Counted from the first letter of the whole stretch, positions 1-14,628 are shown. The stretch: DNA of 63,535 nucleotides, filler included, from Octopus bimaculoides (GCF_001194135.2; 7 parts of 7 records of this genome joined end to end with filler, not necessarily neighbours in it), one strand, 5' to 3'. A program made the numbers and translations. Notes: generated from the sequence alone by a model not told the origin.

Positions 1-146
1 GTGTGCGTGCGTGTGCGTGCGTGTGTGCGTGTGTATGTGTGTGTATGAATATGCGAGTGTGTGTATCTGTGTGTGTGTGTGTTTGTATTTTTTATGTTAT
101 GCCGCTTATATAGTAAGCCACAATATCGTGGTGCTGCAAAATATCA

Positions 147-203
<57 letters not shown>

Positions 204-1261
204 CACACTCACGCGCAGACACATTCACACAAGAACATACATAGAATATTTAAAGAGACACACACATATAACATATTCTCTTGAAATCAAGTCTGGTAAA
301 ATATTGTGTACGATATTTATAGATAGCGACAAGACGAAGACGATGTCTCTCTAATCTACGTTTGCTTGTGTAGTGTTAACGTATGTTTACTTTACTCTTC
401 TATGTAATTTGTCTCTAAGATTTCTCCTATCAGTTATCTCTGAACAGAAGAAAGTATATTTGAAATGCTCTATGGCTTCCATGGTTTCTTGGACTTAGTA
501 TTTGCGTGCGTTATCCCAATCATTATATATTTATATGACACCCCAACCCGTACACAGAGCTACATGTATTGAAGCAAATACATGAAGACGCGCACATACA
601 TGCAGGCACAAGGAACAAAGAAAATATATATTCATCATTATGTGTATATATATATATATATATATATGTGTGTCTGTGTGTGTGTATACATACAGATATT
701 TATCTGCGTATGTATATNNNNNNNNNNNNNNNNNNNNNNNNNNNNNNNNNNNNNNNNNNNNNNNNNNNNNNNNNNNNNNNNNNNNNNNNNNNNNNNNNNN
801 NNNNNNNNNNNNNNNNNNNNNNNNNNNNNNNNNNNNNNNNNNNNNNNNNNNNNNNNNNNNNNNNNNNNNNNNNNNNNNNNNNNNNNNNNNNNNNNNNNNN
901 NNNNNNNNNNNNNNNNNNNNNNNNNNNNNNNNNNNNNNNNNNNNNNNNNNNNNNNNNNNNNNNNNNNNNNNNNNNNNNNNNNNNNNNNNNNNNNNNNNNN
1001 NNNNNNNNNNNNNNNNNNNNNNNNNNNNNNNNNNNNNNNNNNNNNNNNNNNNNNNNNNNNNNNNNNNNNNNNNNNNNNNNNNNNNNNNNNNNNNNNNNNN
1101 NNNNNNNNNNNNNNNNNNNNNNNNNNNNNNNNNNNNNNNNNNNNNNNNNNNNNNNNNNNNNNNNNNNNNNNNNNNNNNNNNNNNNNNNNNNNNNNNNNNN
1201 NNNNNNNNNNNNNNNNNNNNNNNNNNNNNNNNNNNNNNNNNNNNNNNNNNNNNNNNNNNNA

Positions 1262-1676
1262 TTACATCTTTCAGTCATCGTGGCTTCAGCCATGGTGGAG
1301 TACCATCTTAAAGGGTTTTTGTTGAAGAAATCGACTCCAGAACTCATTCTTTGGAAGTCGAGTACTTATTCTATCGGTTTCTTTTGCCTAACCTGTAAGT
1401 TACGTGGATGTAAACGCACCAACATCGGTTGTGAAGTGACGGTAGGGAGACAAATACAGACACAAAGACACACACACACACAGATATGCATGCATGCATA
1501 TATACATATATGTATATATATGACAGGCTTCTTTAAGTTTCCGTCTTCCAAATCCACCCACAAGGCTCTGGGCAACCCGATGTTATAGTAGAAGACACTT
1601 GCTCAAGGTGGCACGCATTGAGACCGAACTCGGAACCATGTGTTTAGGAAGCAAGCATCTTACCACACAGCCATGT
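1262..1676 (-). mobile_element. tRNA-derived SINE (family A), approximate bounds
   Basis: Reverse complement of the recurring head/body 'gtggtaagatgcttgcttcc...catggttccgagttcggtctc...ttgagcaagtgtcttctactata' and tail 'gagtcgatt...ccaccatgctgaagcc'. The same sequence recurs at ~16488, 48185, 49991 and 63377. Confidence 0.75.
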
Positions 1677-2339
1677 ATTATAATCTAGATTGAAGTGAGA
1701 AAATCATTTTACTATAACCATTTTCAATTGTTTCGTCAGAAATTCGATCTCATGAGTATTGCTATATTATGATGTAATATATGCAACTATTGGATCATTA
1801 CTATTTGCCGTAATAGTTCAATGATCATTATATTCCTCACTAACTGTAGTTGAGATCGTTATGCTTACATTATATATCAGATTATCATTAGTCTCTATGT
1901 CCTACTTATTTAATTCATTCACACTTATTTGGATGGTTTCTATGTTATCACAGTCACTATAATTATTACTCTTGTTATTATTCATCAGGATAGGCTTCCT
2001 CTCATTCAATTTAAAATATAGTCTCGTGAATTGTAAGACTTTATGTAAGATAGTTGCATAGCATAATTATTAAAAATTTCGTAATATATACTGGTTATGA
2101 GGAAATGTTTATCCTAAACATGAAAAAAAAAAAAAAACCCAACAAAACTCTTGAATGATTTTGGAATTACACGTGGAGTTACTATACCTGATCATACCAC
2201 TATATTACCTTTCATCGTACTTATCATAAGGGGCGCTAAAAGTTCTGTACGCATGTGTTAAAAAATTTCCATGGGGCTTTAAATTCATGTTCCTCTTCCT
2301 GGTAGGCTCGAAGCTTCTACACATAGTGATCACATAGTA

Positions 2340-2800
2340 ATCGTAGGAAAAGAATTAGTTACACTAGTGATGATAATACTATTAAAAACATTTACAAGAT
2401 GTAGTTTCAGAAATAGAAGTGATTGTCCTCTGGATAACAACTGTACCTGCCAAAATATTATATATAAGGTCTTTCCAGACTCAAGGAAACGAATACAAAT
2501 ATGTACCTGCAACGGCGGATTTTAAAAAATCGATGGTGTAACCACATCGCGTCATTTCAAGATATAAACTTGAGACACAATGCTTCTTAGGCTAAATTCA
2601 TCTGGCATTTGACGAAAAAGAAGATTCAATACATATATTACCTGGTCCGTGATAATGACTACATATTCGTATGATGGGAATTCCAAGTTATGTAATCTTT
2701 ACTTAAAAGCGATATTATAAATATTTAGTATTTAAAGAAAAACTGATCAATAAAAACTGACGGATTTGTAAATTCGTAAGAATAAAATTTAAAAATGGAG
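2340..2800 (+). pseudogene. Decayed Penelope-like element, GIY-YIG endonuclease C-terminal region
   Basis: Translates, with frameshifts and stops, as RCSFRNRSDCPLDNNCTCQNIIYK / QGNEYKYVP / NRWCNHIASF...HNAS*AKFIWHL / ITWSVIMTTYSYDGNSKLCNL. This matches the typical PLE pattern CxC...CPL..C...IY, Y.G, RW.NH..SF, L..FIW.L, W.I, C.L. Confidence 0.75.
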
Positions 2801-5515
2801 AATTTAAAATTTTTTATTTGTGTATGAAAAACAGAAGCATATCATTTAAGTAGATGTATATAGAAATTTATTTTCATTATTCTTTTTTCTTCTCAGAAAG
2901 ATGGATCTTGCAGCGTTTGCTATTATCAGCATTCTGTTGTTCAATGGAATTATCTACTATGTGAAATTACTGGGTGTTCCACAGAAATTACTGAGCGTGT
3001 CTAAACAGAAGCCGAATTCCTGTGACATAATGTATCATGTCTGTGAACTTTACGTTATTGAGAAAATTCTACCGCTCGACAACCGGTGTTCGTGTATTTA
3101 CGTAACTCAGCGGTTCGGCGAAAGAATTCTATACAATAAGTACCCGGCTTAAATAAATAAGTACTGGGCTCGATTCATTCGACTAAATTTTCTTTTACGC
3201 TGTGCTCCAGCATGGCTGCGAACTAATTCCTGAAATAAGTAAATGACAAAAGATAAAAGATTCTTCGTTTCTTCTTTGGAAAAGAAAATTCTTCCGAGCT
3301 GAAAGAATTCTGATAACAAACAATAAAAATCTTTCCATCAGTTTCAACACGCGTGCGTTCAGGCTATCGAAAATGTAGACAATCTCTACTCATTGATTTA
3401 CAGTGAGAAGTCATCGAGTATTCCAAAGAAACGTGTACCCTCTATGTAGTTCTGAAGCACAATCACACACGATGACCGTCTGGACAAAGGACTTCTTATA
3501 CGTTTCCCACTTACCCAGCTTTACTTCGGCCTCCGATCAACCCAGACTGTGTTCGGTCGATCGGAGGCTCTGGTAAAGAAACACTGAAATTACCACGCAT
3601 TGGGACTGAATCTGAGATATCGAAGTAGCGAAGCCACACCTTAGTTCCTCTGAGCACCTGTATGTGTATATGTATGTATGTATTTGTACGCTATGTGTAC
3701 ACGTGTTTTTACACTGAATGTGCAATAATTTGTATGTAAACGAAATGTTTTTATATTAATATTATTAGTGACTTTTTTACTTCTTTCGCGAGGTAGCAAT
3801 AAGCGTACAAACAAGTAAGAACTTTATAACTCAAGTGGGTAATTCTTTTCCAATTTCTGATGCACTCTGTTCAGAGTCTGACATAACAGTAATGGCTTTT
3901 AAAAAGACATTATTACCATTCACTTGTCGTGTCTTTTCCTCTAAATTTCAGGTCATGTGTACGTAATCAGCACATACTTTCATTTTTATGCATGCCTGTA
4001 TGTATGTATGTATGTATGTATGTATGTATGTATGTATGTATGTATGTATGTATTATGTATGTATGTTTTGTATGTATGTACGTATGCTTTACATGTAGGT
4101 ATATATCTATCAACCTATCTATATGTATATTTCTGCGACTGTCTGCTTATATATTTATATAAATGTAAGTACATACATGTATAATTACACACATATATGT
4201 ATGCATTTATATGTATATATATATATATATACTGTCCCACTCTCCCTTTCCTTTCTCTCTTCTCCTTTCTCGCTCTCCCACTCTCCCTCCCTCCTTCGTC
4301 CTCACTCTCCANNNNNNNNNNNNNNNNNNNNNNNNNNNNNNNNNNNNNNNNNNNNNNNNNNNNNNNNNNNNNNNNNNNNNNNNNNNNNNNNNNNNNNNNN
4401 NNNNNNNNNNNNNNNNNNNNNNNNNNNNNNNNNNNNNNNNNNNNNNNNNNNNNNNNNNNNNNNNNNNNNNNNNNNNNNNNNNNNNNNNNNNNNNNNNNNN
4501 NNNNNNNNNNNNNNNNNNNNNNNNNNNNNNNNNNNNNNNATATATATATATATATACATATATACTGCCTATCTATGGACATTCATTTATGTTGTTCGTT
4601 GTATATAAGCATGTATGTAGATATGTATGTGTGATGGTGTGTGTGTGTATGTATGGAGTCATCTCTTTCTCTCTCTCTCTCACTCTCTCTCTATCTATCT
4701 ATCTATCAATCCATCCATCTGTTTATTTTTTCATGCTCTCCTTTCTCTCCTCCCTCTACTTCCTCCTCCCACACCCTTTCCTCAAATCTTTTAACCCCCC
4801 CTCCCCCGCCTTCTTGCACCGGCACCTCCTCCCTATTTGCACCTCCCCACCGCTTTCTCCTCGGCTCTTTCACGTGTCTCTGTTTCGTCGTACTCGACTT
4901 TACTCTCAATTTACAAAGCACTGTTACATAATTCCATTCAAATTGAATAATACGATAATTTGATTTCATCAAATCTATGCAAAATAAATCTGATTCCCAC
5001 CGAACACTAATTCATGCCTCCTCTTCCCCTCATCTTCCTCTCCTCCTCCTCCTCCTCCTCCTCCTCCTGCGCTGTCACCGCCGCCACGCGAAGATTATAA
5101 AAGCGAACCTGATGCCACTTGAGAAATGACATTACACCATCCTCGACTTGATGGATTCTTCAATGTTATTTAGTGAAATAGAGACAAATCGATTCTAATG
5201 AAACTGACACAACAGTGCTTAGTAATAACGCAGAAGAGTTTTTAAGAAAAACGCACAACACACCAGCACATGTAATATTCTATACAAGCATACATACATA
5301 CCGACATAGGTACGTACATACATACATACAAACATACATACATACATACATACATACAAACATGCATGCATAAGTACCAACATAGGTACGTACATGCATA
5401 CATAAGCACAAAGATGTATATATGTATGCATATNNNNNNNNNNNNNNNNNNNNNNNNNNNNNNNNNNNNNNNNNNNNNNNNNNNNNNNNNNNNNNNNNNN
5501 NNNNNNNNNNNNNNN

Positions 5516-5551
<36 letters not shown>

Positions 5552-6372
5552 ATACATACACACACAGATATATGCGTGTAGACACATATGTATATACATG
5601 TGTGTGTTGGCATATATAAACATATGCAATTGAAAACGCATTCGTAGAATATATCTGTGAGTGTGGGTGTGTGTCTATGCATACACAAATATATATGTAA
5701 ACATATATATATATATATGTGCATGTATAAACACACGCGCGTTGGCGCACATACGAAAATACGCGGACACAAACACAGGTACACACATACGCATGCGCAC
5801 GCGCTCACACTCACATTTACATATTCTTTCCTTCAGAGTTGTCTTTCTTTTTATGTTCATTTCATTTATAATATATTCACTCATATAAACGTATATATAT
5901 ATATATATATATATGGTGAGAATTTATGAAATACAAAAGACGAAGACGGATGTGTAAACAACAAACAGAAGTATTGGTTTAACGTTCGGGACGTGAGAAA
6001 GTCTTTTACGTTTCGAGCCTACGCTCTTCGACAGAAAGGAACACAGAAATAAACAGGGACAAAAAATAGAAAAAAAAGTAATAGTGGCTAGCAATCTATC
6101 ATGGTGAATATGTATATATACATATACATATTCACACTTATAAATATCCACTTTCAACTCCTTCACGTTTGGAGCTGTATGATATGAATGACATTTGTCT
6201 TTTAATAATATTTCCAAAATTCTGGGTTAACTAGATTCATTTGGATAAACAACACTTTCAGAATCCTACGCACACACAAATAGATGATAACACATACAGC
6301 TCCATACATGTAAAATATATTCATCGCAACACATAGGTGGGTGTGTGTGCGGCTTTGTGCATGTATGCGGTT

Positions 6373-6453
<81 letters not shown>

Positions 6454-7030
6454 NNNNNNNNNNNNNNNNNNNNNNNNNNNNNNNNNNNNNNNNNNNNNNN
6501 NNNNNNNNNNNNNNNNNNNNNNNNNNNNNNNNNNNNNNNNNNNNNNNNNNNNNNNNNNNNNNNNNNNNNNNNNNNNNNNNNNNNNNNNNNNNNNNNNNNN
6601 NNNNNNNNNNNNNNNNNNNNNNNNNNNNNNNNNNNNNNNNNNNNNNNNNNNNNNNNNNNNNNNNNNNNNNNNNNNNNNNNNNNNNNNNNNNNNNNNNNNN
6701 NNNNNNNNNNNNNNNNNNNNNNNNNNNNNNNNNNNNNNNNNNNNNNNNNNNNNNNNNNNNNNNNNNNNNNNNNNNNNNNNNNNNNNNNNNNNNNNNNNNN
6801 NNNNNNNNNNNNNNNNNNNNNNNNNNNNNNNNNNNNNNNNNNNNNNNNNNNNNNNNNNNNNNNNNNNNNNNNNNNNNNNNNNNNNNNNNNNNNNNNNNNN
6901 NNNNNNNNNNNNNNNNNNNNNNNNNNNNNNNNNNNNNNNNNNNNNNNNNNNNNNNNNNNNNNNNNNNNNNNNNNNNNNNNNNNNNNNNNNNNNNNNNNNN
7001 NNNNNNNNNNNNNNNNNNNNNNNNNNNNNN

Positions 7031-7079
<49 letters not shown>

Positions 7080-7164
7080 GAGAGAGCGAGAGAGACGTAT
7101 GTATATATATCTATGCATATACATACATCTCTAAATCTGAAATTACATACATATATGTGCGTGC

Positions 7165-7203
<39 letters not shown>

Positions 7204-8412
7204 GAAAATATACTTTTTCTAAAGCAAATATATGTAGATATAAATTCAGACAAGTTTTTTTTACCTTCCGGCTAACAGAGAAACTTGATCAAAGAGCATG
7301 AAAAAAATTTCTTCCTGGAAAAAGAAAAATCCACTTACGAAAGACGCGTCAGTGTAAGAAAAGAATCTGTATCAAAACAAAACGAAAACAAATCACAAAT
7401 GACAGAACATCACGAATGTTGCAGAGGGAGATAGCTGGAGGATGTTAGTGTCGCGAGTGTGTTTGTTGGCTGGTCGTCGCTGATGAGTAGTTGAGTTGAA
7501 TGAAAATATGTTTCTTGCGCTGCGTGCAAACGTATCTGAAAGATATTTGCGAACATTTAACAAAAATTTTATTTATTTCTAATAGAGTCAACTGCATTGG
7601 TTTTATACAAAATAACAACAGCAATGACTACATACAGAGAGATATATATACTGCTTGGAGTTTACAGGAAGCTTACTGATACAGTAACATGTGGCTGTCC
7701 CAGAATAACTGGAAACAATTGTGGAATATTAATGGTGACGGTGTCCCCTGTCGTCTGTCTGTGCTCTGCTTTAACCGTCTTTTTGGGTCGTCTGTCTGTA
7801 TTAAGAATGGAGACCCATCACGCAGCTGTTCTGTTTGGCGAGAGCCGAGACGTGTGAATGAGTCGGTCTAAAAGCTATGTAAAGAATATGGCGCCAAGAG
7901 CGGCTCTTTATAGGTTACTCCTTTATACTTTTATATATTTCATTCATTAGACTACGGCCATGCTGGTGCACCACTCTGAGGTATGTTAGCTGGACGAATC
8001 GACTACAGTACTTTCATATATATATATATANNNNNNNNNNNNNNNNNNNNNNNNNNNNNNNNNNNNNNNNNNNNNNNNNNNNNNNNNNNNNNNNNNNNNN
8101 NNNNNNNNNNNNNNNNNNNNNNNNNNNNNNNNNNNNNNNNNNNNNNNNNNNNNNNNNNNNNNNNNNNNNNNNNNNNNNNNNNNNNNNNNNNNNNNNNNNN
8201 NNNNNNNNNNNNNNNNNNNNNNNNNNNNNNNNNNNNNNNNNNNNNNNNNNNNNNNNNNNNNNNNNNNNNNNNNNNNNNNNNNNNNNNNNNNNNNNNNNNN
8301 NNNNNNNNNNNNNNNNNNNNNNNNNNNNNNNNNNNNNNNNNNNNNNNNNNNNNNNNNNNNNCCAATCCTCTTGCAAGACTTTGGTTGGCCAAGAGCTATA
8401 GAAGAAGACACT

Positions 8413-8645
8413 GCGGCGAGCTGGCAGAAACGTTAGAACCCCGGGTAAAATGCTTAACGGTATTTCGTCTGCCGTTACGTTCTGAGTTCAAATTTTGCCG
8501 AGGTCGACTTTGCTTTTCATTCTTTCGGGGTCGATAAGTTAAGTACTAGTTACGCACTGGGGTCGATGTAATCGACTTAATCCCTTTGTCTGTCCTTGTT
8601 TGTCCCCTTTATGTTTAGTCCCTTGTGGGCAATAAAAGAAAAAAG
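8413..8645 (+). mobile_element. tRNA-derived SINE (family B)
   Basis: 'gcggcgagctggcagaaacgttag...gttctgagttcaaatt...gaggtcgactttgc...ttcggggtcgata...ggggtcgatgtaatcgac'; contains a B-box-like GTTCAAAT; many copies in the window. Confidence 0.8.
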
Positions 8646-11354
8646 AAACCACGATCTTGTGAGCAATAAACACCGTAACGATTAAACCACGCGCCTTCAC
8701 ATTCGTAAATTTACTAAATTAAAAATTGGCAGGATGCTTTTAAATCTTTTAATCATAGCTCTGCCTAATCAGGCGTGATGTGAGCCTAAGCACCAACAGT
8801 AACATCAATGGACAAGAAGCAATTAGAGACACGCTGTTTGGTCACTTTGATCGTATCGTCTTAAACAACAGACATTTGATGATGTGAGTTCTGATACGTT
8901 GTATCCGGTAAGTCCCAAAACAAATATGACGTACTGGTCATGGCTGAATTAACGTTCAATCCTTGGCCTTCTCTGGTTTTGCCTGAGGTTGAACAACAAC
9001 ACTCAGAACGTCCAGAGCAAAGAAACACAGCGTGTAGTTATTTGATAAAATTCCTGCAAATTCATCTTGCAATCCCTACATTGTTTTTGAAACGAATATC
9101 CTATTTGTAAATTCTAAAACTTTAGTTAACATACTTACAAAACACGAAGAATATGGACAATTTTTAAGTCTCTCTGGCTTAAACTCACTGTTTCGAATTT
9201 ATAAGTATATAACAGTTGATTAGAGCAAATATTGAGGTCGGTGAGCTGGCGGACTCGTTAGAAATGTCGGGTAAAGTCCTCAGTGAGATATCTTCTGATC
9301 TAGTTTTTCATTTTTCTGAGTCCAAACTCCACCATAGTTCACTTTGCTTGCGTGATCGATAAAATGAGCGCAAGTCAAATACTGAGTCCCGTTCCTTAAA
9401 ATTGTTTGCCTTGTGTCGAAATCAGCAAGGTTATTGTAAGCACAAAGTACAGCTGGTATCTTATCTTGCCAGGGAACGTAATACTCCTATCCGAAACGTT
9501 ACACTTTTCTCCTTTCATGCGACAAACCAATTTATTCCACTTTGAATACTTTGCTATTAGTATTCCTGATATTGGTCAATACCAGTTTAATGAGATCTAA
9601 CTGTTTACTTTAGTAGAATTGTTATCTCGCTGAAGTAAGATAATAATTACATTTCCAGTCTTTCTTTAAACATTTCATTGCATTTACACAATTGATATGT
9701 GATTTAGAACAGCGGTTGACATGTTTGTTATCGTCAAGTTTTTTTTAACTGATGGAGCAGACCAATGATGAAAGTAATTCAAACAAAACTATTGACCATA
9801 TGTTTTTGTACAACGAGTATATACCCAGTACCTTATCTAATATGATCCATCGCTTTCGAGATAACATTTTGAAGGAGATTAGGCTGTTATTTCTAGTAGA
9901 TTGATGGATCTCATAGGAGCTCCCACGTGGCCATGATTAGATCAAGATTCAAACGAAAGGTGGCCGTCACGTAAATTGGTTTCTCATTCAAGTGAAAGGT
10001 GGCCGTTGTACAACGTAGCTTCCACTGTCACATAACCTGCTCATCTCATAAATAACTTTGCTGTTTAAATAAAAAATTGGCCGAGTTATTTCTCATTACT
10101 TTGGACATAAATGTTTAAATTATGCAAATTACCTTAACCATAAATGTTTTCTACTCTCTTTGTCTTTTGGGATAAGGCTAAGTTCATTGGCTACTAGCAA
10201 TAAAGTCAGACAATTGCTATTCTGATGATAGCTATTGAGCCAGAAACACGTCTTCATGACTGTCTTCTTATCGCCAGAGAGTAAGCCTGTCCTTAATGGC
10301 ATTCCAGTTTTTCGTATATACTTGGTACTTGAGATTATCTCCCTTTATCACGTGGAGCTGGTCATTGATGCTATTAGGTAATTATGATACATTAGAGGGG
10401 AGATAATTTAAATAAATCACGAATTTACGTTATATAATTTTTAAAATATAACTCTCTTTATCTGTGTCGGCAATTACATTAGCTGGCACCGAGATTTAAC
10501 CGAAAAGTGACCTTCACACGAACGACTTTCAAATATAAGCGAAAGGTCAACACTTTAATAAAAAAAAAAATATTAGAGAACTATTATTTATACGGTACTA
10601 TATTAGTTTCCAATTCTTTATTCATCTCCTAAACAAAACCGGCAAATTGCTGATAAAGCCACATTGATTTCCCAGACTGCTTCATTGCTGCAGGTAACTT
10701 TACATTACTAACATTTATAAAGTTATCCTCTAAGTTGCAATTCTTCTAATTCTACTTCTCTTCCATTCCCCACCCCATTCAATATCAAAGATAACATTCG
10801 TTATTAAGTTTACTTATTTAATCTTCATTGTAAGCTGATGTAGTAGTGACTGGTGAGTGTTTCAACGATACTGTTTTTTGGCTTTTTTTCTCTCTTTCAA
10901 TATCTACAGAACCAAGATATATGCATTAATCTGTTTATAGACGTAAATGATTTATTTATTTATTTGTTTAAACATACACTTATCAGTCACTTCTATTGTT
11001 TATTGTAGAATCAAAACGCTCGTTTGTGTTTGATTATATTTTCTGTTCAGTTAGATAAAATGTTGATTTTTTTCTTCTTTAGAATAACTGGCGCAGACAT
11101 GGTTGTGTGGTTATGAAACTCGTGTGGTTTTGGTTTCAGTTCCATTACGCAGCACCTTGGGTAAGCATTTACATTCTATAACCCTGGTCCGATCAATGCA
11201 TTGTGGTTGAATTTGGTAGACAGAAACTGTGCTGAAATCCATCGCGCACGGATATATATATATATACCTAACGATCACTCTGAAAGTGACCGTACTTTAC
11301 CAGTAAGCTACCAGGTGTAAACCATTCATTTTATTATATATACATACAAAAATT

Positions 11355-11401
<47 letters not shown>

Positions 11402-12464
11402 CAAATAATAAATGAGTATATACATATATACGTACATGTATGTACATACTTACATCTACCTGTAAATATAGATGCATATCTGGGTACAGGACATTGTAAA
11501 CAAAGCGTAGACAAAATGATAAACGAGTACAGAAAACACACAGGTCACATAGAGAACATCTCCTTCATCAGCTGCCCCCATTCTAACACAGGCGTTTCGA
11601 ATAGTAGGGCAGGACGCATCGTTAAAATGACTCTTCCCACGGACCACAAATTAAATTTGTAACGTGGAAGAATGTAGTGGCGGACAAAACAAAACAGTAA
11701 AACGAAAGAGTGAGAACAAACAAGAAGGCTATACGGCCAGACGTGAAAAAAATATATGTGCTGGACGCTGTGAAGCAACGAACTGGAAAGGAGACGAAGA
11801 ATTGTTCGTGCTACCTTCGCGAAAGCGAAGATATGAAAGAAAGATAAGTAGTCAGACACGTGACCAGGGAAGGGTAGGAGAAAGAGTGGTAGAGGGAGAA
11901 TAAAGGGGAGGAAGTAGAAGATAGGTGAGCAAAGAGAGACAGAGAGAAAGAAAGAGATATAGTAGAGAAAGAGAGATGCGGAGAAAAGCAGATGGAAGAA
12001 CGAGAGGGGAAGAGAAAGATACAAAGGTAGATAGAGTAGCGTCAGAAAAATATAGTTTAAAAACTTACTTGCAAGGAGGACGCTTAGCGTTTGGTCTGGA
12101 AGGAGACTCAAAAGAGAACAGCATTGTCGAACTCCCTCCTTCACCAAAAGGCAATCACGTAGGATTGGCCATTAAAGAGTTGATTACAGAATAAAATAAT
12201 AAAAGAATGCATACATATATGGAAGTGTATGTGTGAGTATAAGCCGTTGGTAATCGAAAAATTTTCCTACTCCTTCTACGCATACATACCAACATATACA
12301 CACACACATCCACACCCATCCACAGACCCTTCAGAGTGCCTCTGACCCACTATTCACCCTTCCATCTACACAAACTTGCAAACACACACACCCACACATT
12401 CACTTACCTGTCACTATAGCTGCTGACCTCTCAGAGCGACATGAACAAACACGCACACATGCTA

Positions 12465-12522
<58 letters not shown>

Positions 12523-13092
12523 NNNNNNNNNNNNNNNNNNNNNNNNNNNNNNNNNNNNNNNNNNNNNNNNNNNNNNNNNNNNNNNNNNNNNNNNNNNNNN
12601 NNNNNNNNNNNNNNNNNNNNNNNNNNNNNNNNNNNNNNNNNNNNNNNNNNNNNNNNNNNNNNNNNNNNNNNNNNNNNNNNNNNNNNNNNNNNNNNNNNNN
12701 NNNNNNNNNNNNNNNNNNNNNNNNNNNNNNNNNNNNNNNNNNNNNNNNNNNNNNNNNNNNNNNNNNNNNNNNNNNNNNNNNNNNNNNNNNNNNNNNNNNN
12801 NNNNNNNNNNNNNNNNNNNNNNNNNNNNNNNNNNNNNNNNNNNNNNNNNNNNNNNNNNNNNNNNNNNNNNNNNNNNNNNNNNNNNNNNNNNNNNNNNNNN
12901 NNNNNNNNNNNNNNNNNNNNNNNNNNNNNNNNNNNNNNNNNNNNNNNNNNNNNNNNNNNNNNNNNNNNNNNNNNNNNNNNNNNNNNNNNNNNNNNNNNNN
13001 NNNNNNNNNNNNNNNNNNNNNNNNNNNNNNNNNNNNNNNNNNNNNNNNNNNNNNNNNNNNNNNNNNNNNNNNNNNNNNNNNNNNNNNNNNNN

Positions 13093-13802
13093 TATATATG
13101 CATCTCAAACTCAATGAAATCGAACTTATTTTGAAACGAATCATCACTAGTGATGAAAAGTGGATCGTCTGCAATAACATCAATGGAAAACGATCATGGT
13201 CCAAGTGTAATGAACCAGCACAAACCACATCGAAAGCCGAATTGCATCAAAAAACGTCATGCTATCAATTTGGTAAGATTACAAAGGAGTTGTGTATTTT
13301 GAGCTGCTTCCAAGGAATCAATCGATTAATTGAGATGGTTACTGTCAACAACTAATGAAACTGGAGGAAGCAATAAAAGAAGAACGGCCAGAATTGGCAA
13401 ATCGTAAAGGAATCCTGTTCCACCATGACAACGCTAGACCACAAAAGTTTTCTAACTTCTGAAAAGGTGTTGGAGCTTGGTTGGGATGTGACGTCACATC
13501 TACAATATAGCCCTGATCTTGCACCATCAGATTACCATTTATTTCGGAGTTTGTAAATTTCTTTAAATGATAAAACTTTCAATAATGATGATGACCTGAA
13601 ATCGCACTTGCTTTAGGTTTTGGCTGATTAGCACCCAGAGCTTCTATAAGCACGGAATCATGAAGTTACCAGAAAGATAGCAAACGGTCATCAAACAAAA
13701 TGGAAACTATATAATTGATTAAAATTCATTCATTCTGGGTTTCAAAAAAAAAATTTTATTTCTCACTAAAAAACCCGAAATTACTTTCTTGCCAACCCAA
13801 TA
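13093..13802 (+). mobile_element. Decayed mariner transposon, 3' half (5' part lost in N-gap)
   Basis: Translates LKRIITSDEKW, HHDNARP and YSPDLAPSDYHLF with stops and frameshifts. Ends in a TIR-like 'aattactttcttgccaacccaa' followed by TA at 13801-13802. Confidence 0.9.
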
Positions 13803-13944
13803 TTTAGAGACTATTGTGAGAAAATGTGAAAACAAAATACTTTATTATGTGTCAGACTCGTAAGAAGATAAGGCTATAAACAATGGCGTGTAAATATTTG
13901 ATGAAAAAAAAAACCTTTGGAAAAGAAAACTTGAAGACACACAC

Positions 13945-13975
<31 letters not shown>

Positions 13976-13993
13976 CATACATACATACATACA

Positions 13994-14024
<31 letters not shown>

Positions 14025-14349
14025 GTACATACATACATGCATACATGCGTACATATATATATATATAATATACGGTGTGGTTTAGTGCAAATTCAATCTA
14101 TTAAATTATACTCACAATGTATTAATCAACTGGAGGCTATGGCAATAGACACTAGCAACGGGGTTGTGGATGCGAACTTCTTAAGCGTTCATCCATGCCT
14201 GCAACTCTATATGTATATACAAACTAATCAAGCTAATATTGATGAAAAAGAAGAGCTGAGTTGTTTATGTGCGATGCCTTCTGATTGTTGAAAATAATTT
14301 GGTAAAAGATAAAGATGGAAAACTAAAAATACCTTTACAGACACGACAG

Positions 14350-14381
<32 letters not shown>

Positions 14382-14628
14382 AATCAGCAGAATTTGGAAA
14401 AGTAAATAGTTTTTTTATAATGAAACCACACGATCTCTAGATATAAACATACCAGTACGAGATTATTCATGTCAGGTAAACATCAAATCACCTGATCACA
14501 TAAGCCAGATAAGTTAGTTAATTCAATGTAAGGTGAGAGTATATGAGTGTCTGAATATTTACCTTTACAGGTAAGAAAGTGTTGGGTTTTCAATACATTA
14601 CAGAAATATATATATATATATTTACTCT

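Noticed and set aside
569-1588. Long ORFs running through N-gaps (also 6337-7301, 12431-13355, 29927-30438 and others)
   Set aside because: Their length comes from X residues and dinucleotide repeats (YIYI, CVCV, HTHT); no coding signal.
11545-12194. 200-aa minus-strand ORF and overlapping plus-strand ORFs
   Set aside because: Purine/pyrimidine-skewed low-complexity sequence giving L/F/S- or R/E/K-rich translations with no domain or splice support.
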